DNA of 64,000 bases from Callorhinchus milii (taxonomy: Eukaryota): the NCBI RefSeq assembly GCF_018977255.1, contig NW_024704742.1:67334001-67398000 (forward strand), given 5' to 3'. Shown here piece by piece: positions 63,479-64,000 of the stretch (positions are counted from its first letter, which is position 1; each line of letters opens with the position of its first letter). A program made the translations under genes and the position numbers. The notes under the pieces were generated by a model. The model ran no database searches, was not told where the DNA came from, and worked only from the letters and a program-made list of their open reading frames with translations.

Positions 63479-64000
63479 TTGAGAGTCCTGTGGTGAAAAC
63501 AAGGACGGCTAAAACCGCACAATGATCCATGGTGCCCACCAGTAAACCACTGCAGATGTCCGATCAGGCGCTTAACATTCCAGCTACAACAAACCATCAT
63601 GTTCCTGGCTCTCTCTGTAACATTCTGGAAACCATTTCAGCCTGTTTTACTGCAGTACTGTCTTTTTATTGGAAGGGCCATAAAGCCTTAAGCGCAGAAA
63701 TGCACAGGGGGGGAAACGACAGCACAAATAATTTCAAGACGGCAAATGGCCCAATGCAGTGATGTTTGCAGCTGTAAAAAACGTATCTCGTACCAGAGGT
63801 TCAAATAGGTAACATGTTGTCCCTGGCTCCGCGAAACACAGCTCAATCACAACTCAAGGCAAAGGGGTCCACATGATAGTCTCAAAGACTAACCTGGCTG
63901 TGAAACTGGAAGTGCCCTGATCAACTCTCACTTTGTTCTATTTCTAGGGATGCTGCTGGCCTGTGCCAATCCACAGCGAAGCCCTGGTGGTAAATGGCTG

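Noticed and set aside
1..64000. The hundreds of 60-260 aa ORFs in the track as genes
   Set aside because: Apart from those overlapping FGFRL1 exons they are translations of SINE, L2, CR1 or low-complexity sequence; recurring peptides such as [10 protein letters not shown] and LHWLPI show their repeat origin.
1..64000. CRISPR array or prokaryotic defence system
   Set aside because: No regularly spaced direct repeats with unique spacers and no operon structure; the sequence is intron-containing vertebrate DNA.

Overview
Eukaryotic (vertebrate) genomic DNA, very repeat-rich. The repeat content (Deu-domain SINEs, L2 and CR1 LINE fragments, shark-type Penelope remnants) points to a cartilaginous fish, possibly a chimaera; this is inference. 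The only protein-coding gene I can support is the 3' part of FGFRL1 on the minus strand, with four coding exons reconstructed from GT-AG junctions: 55148-55237 (acidic linker), 50552-50836 (Ig2), 39771-40124 (Ig3) and 30197-30609 (TM, cytoplasmic tail, stop). I did not find the signal-peptide and Ig1 exons, so they probably lie beyond position 64000. The rest is two tRNA-derived SINE families sharing an L2-type tail, many L2 and CR1 fragments, palindromic MITE-like elements, an unclassified repeat, and several repeat-free islands that look like enhancers. Most notable: (i) two tiny Penelope-type inserts carrying minimal hammerhead-ribozyme motifs, both inserted with TSDs at the same site of a host SINE that also received two nested SINE insertions; (ii) an apparently chimeric CORE-like/Deu SINE; (iii) a young L2 inserted antisense into an older L2 and truncated at the homologous position, creating a ~1.2 kb palindrome; (iv) inverted SINEs closely flanking a 375-nt, frame-preserving exon pair. 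Repeat boundaries are approximate and family names come from recalled consensus motifs, not database searches.
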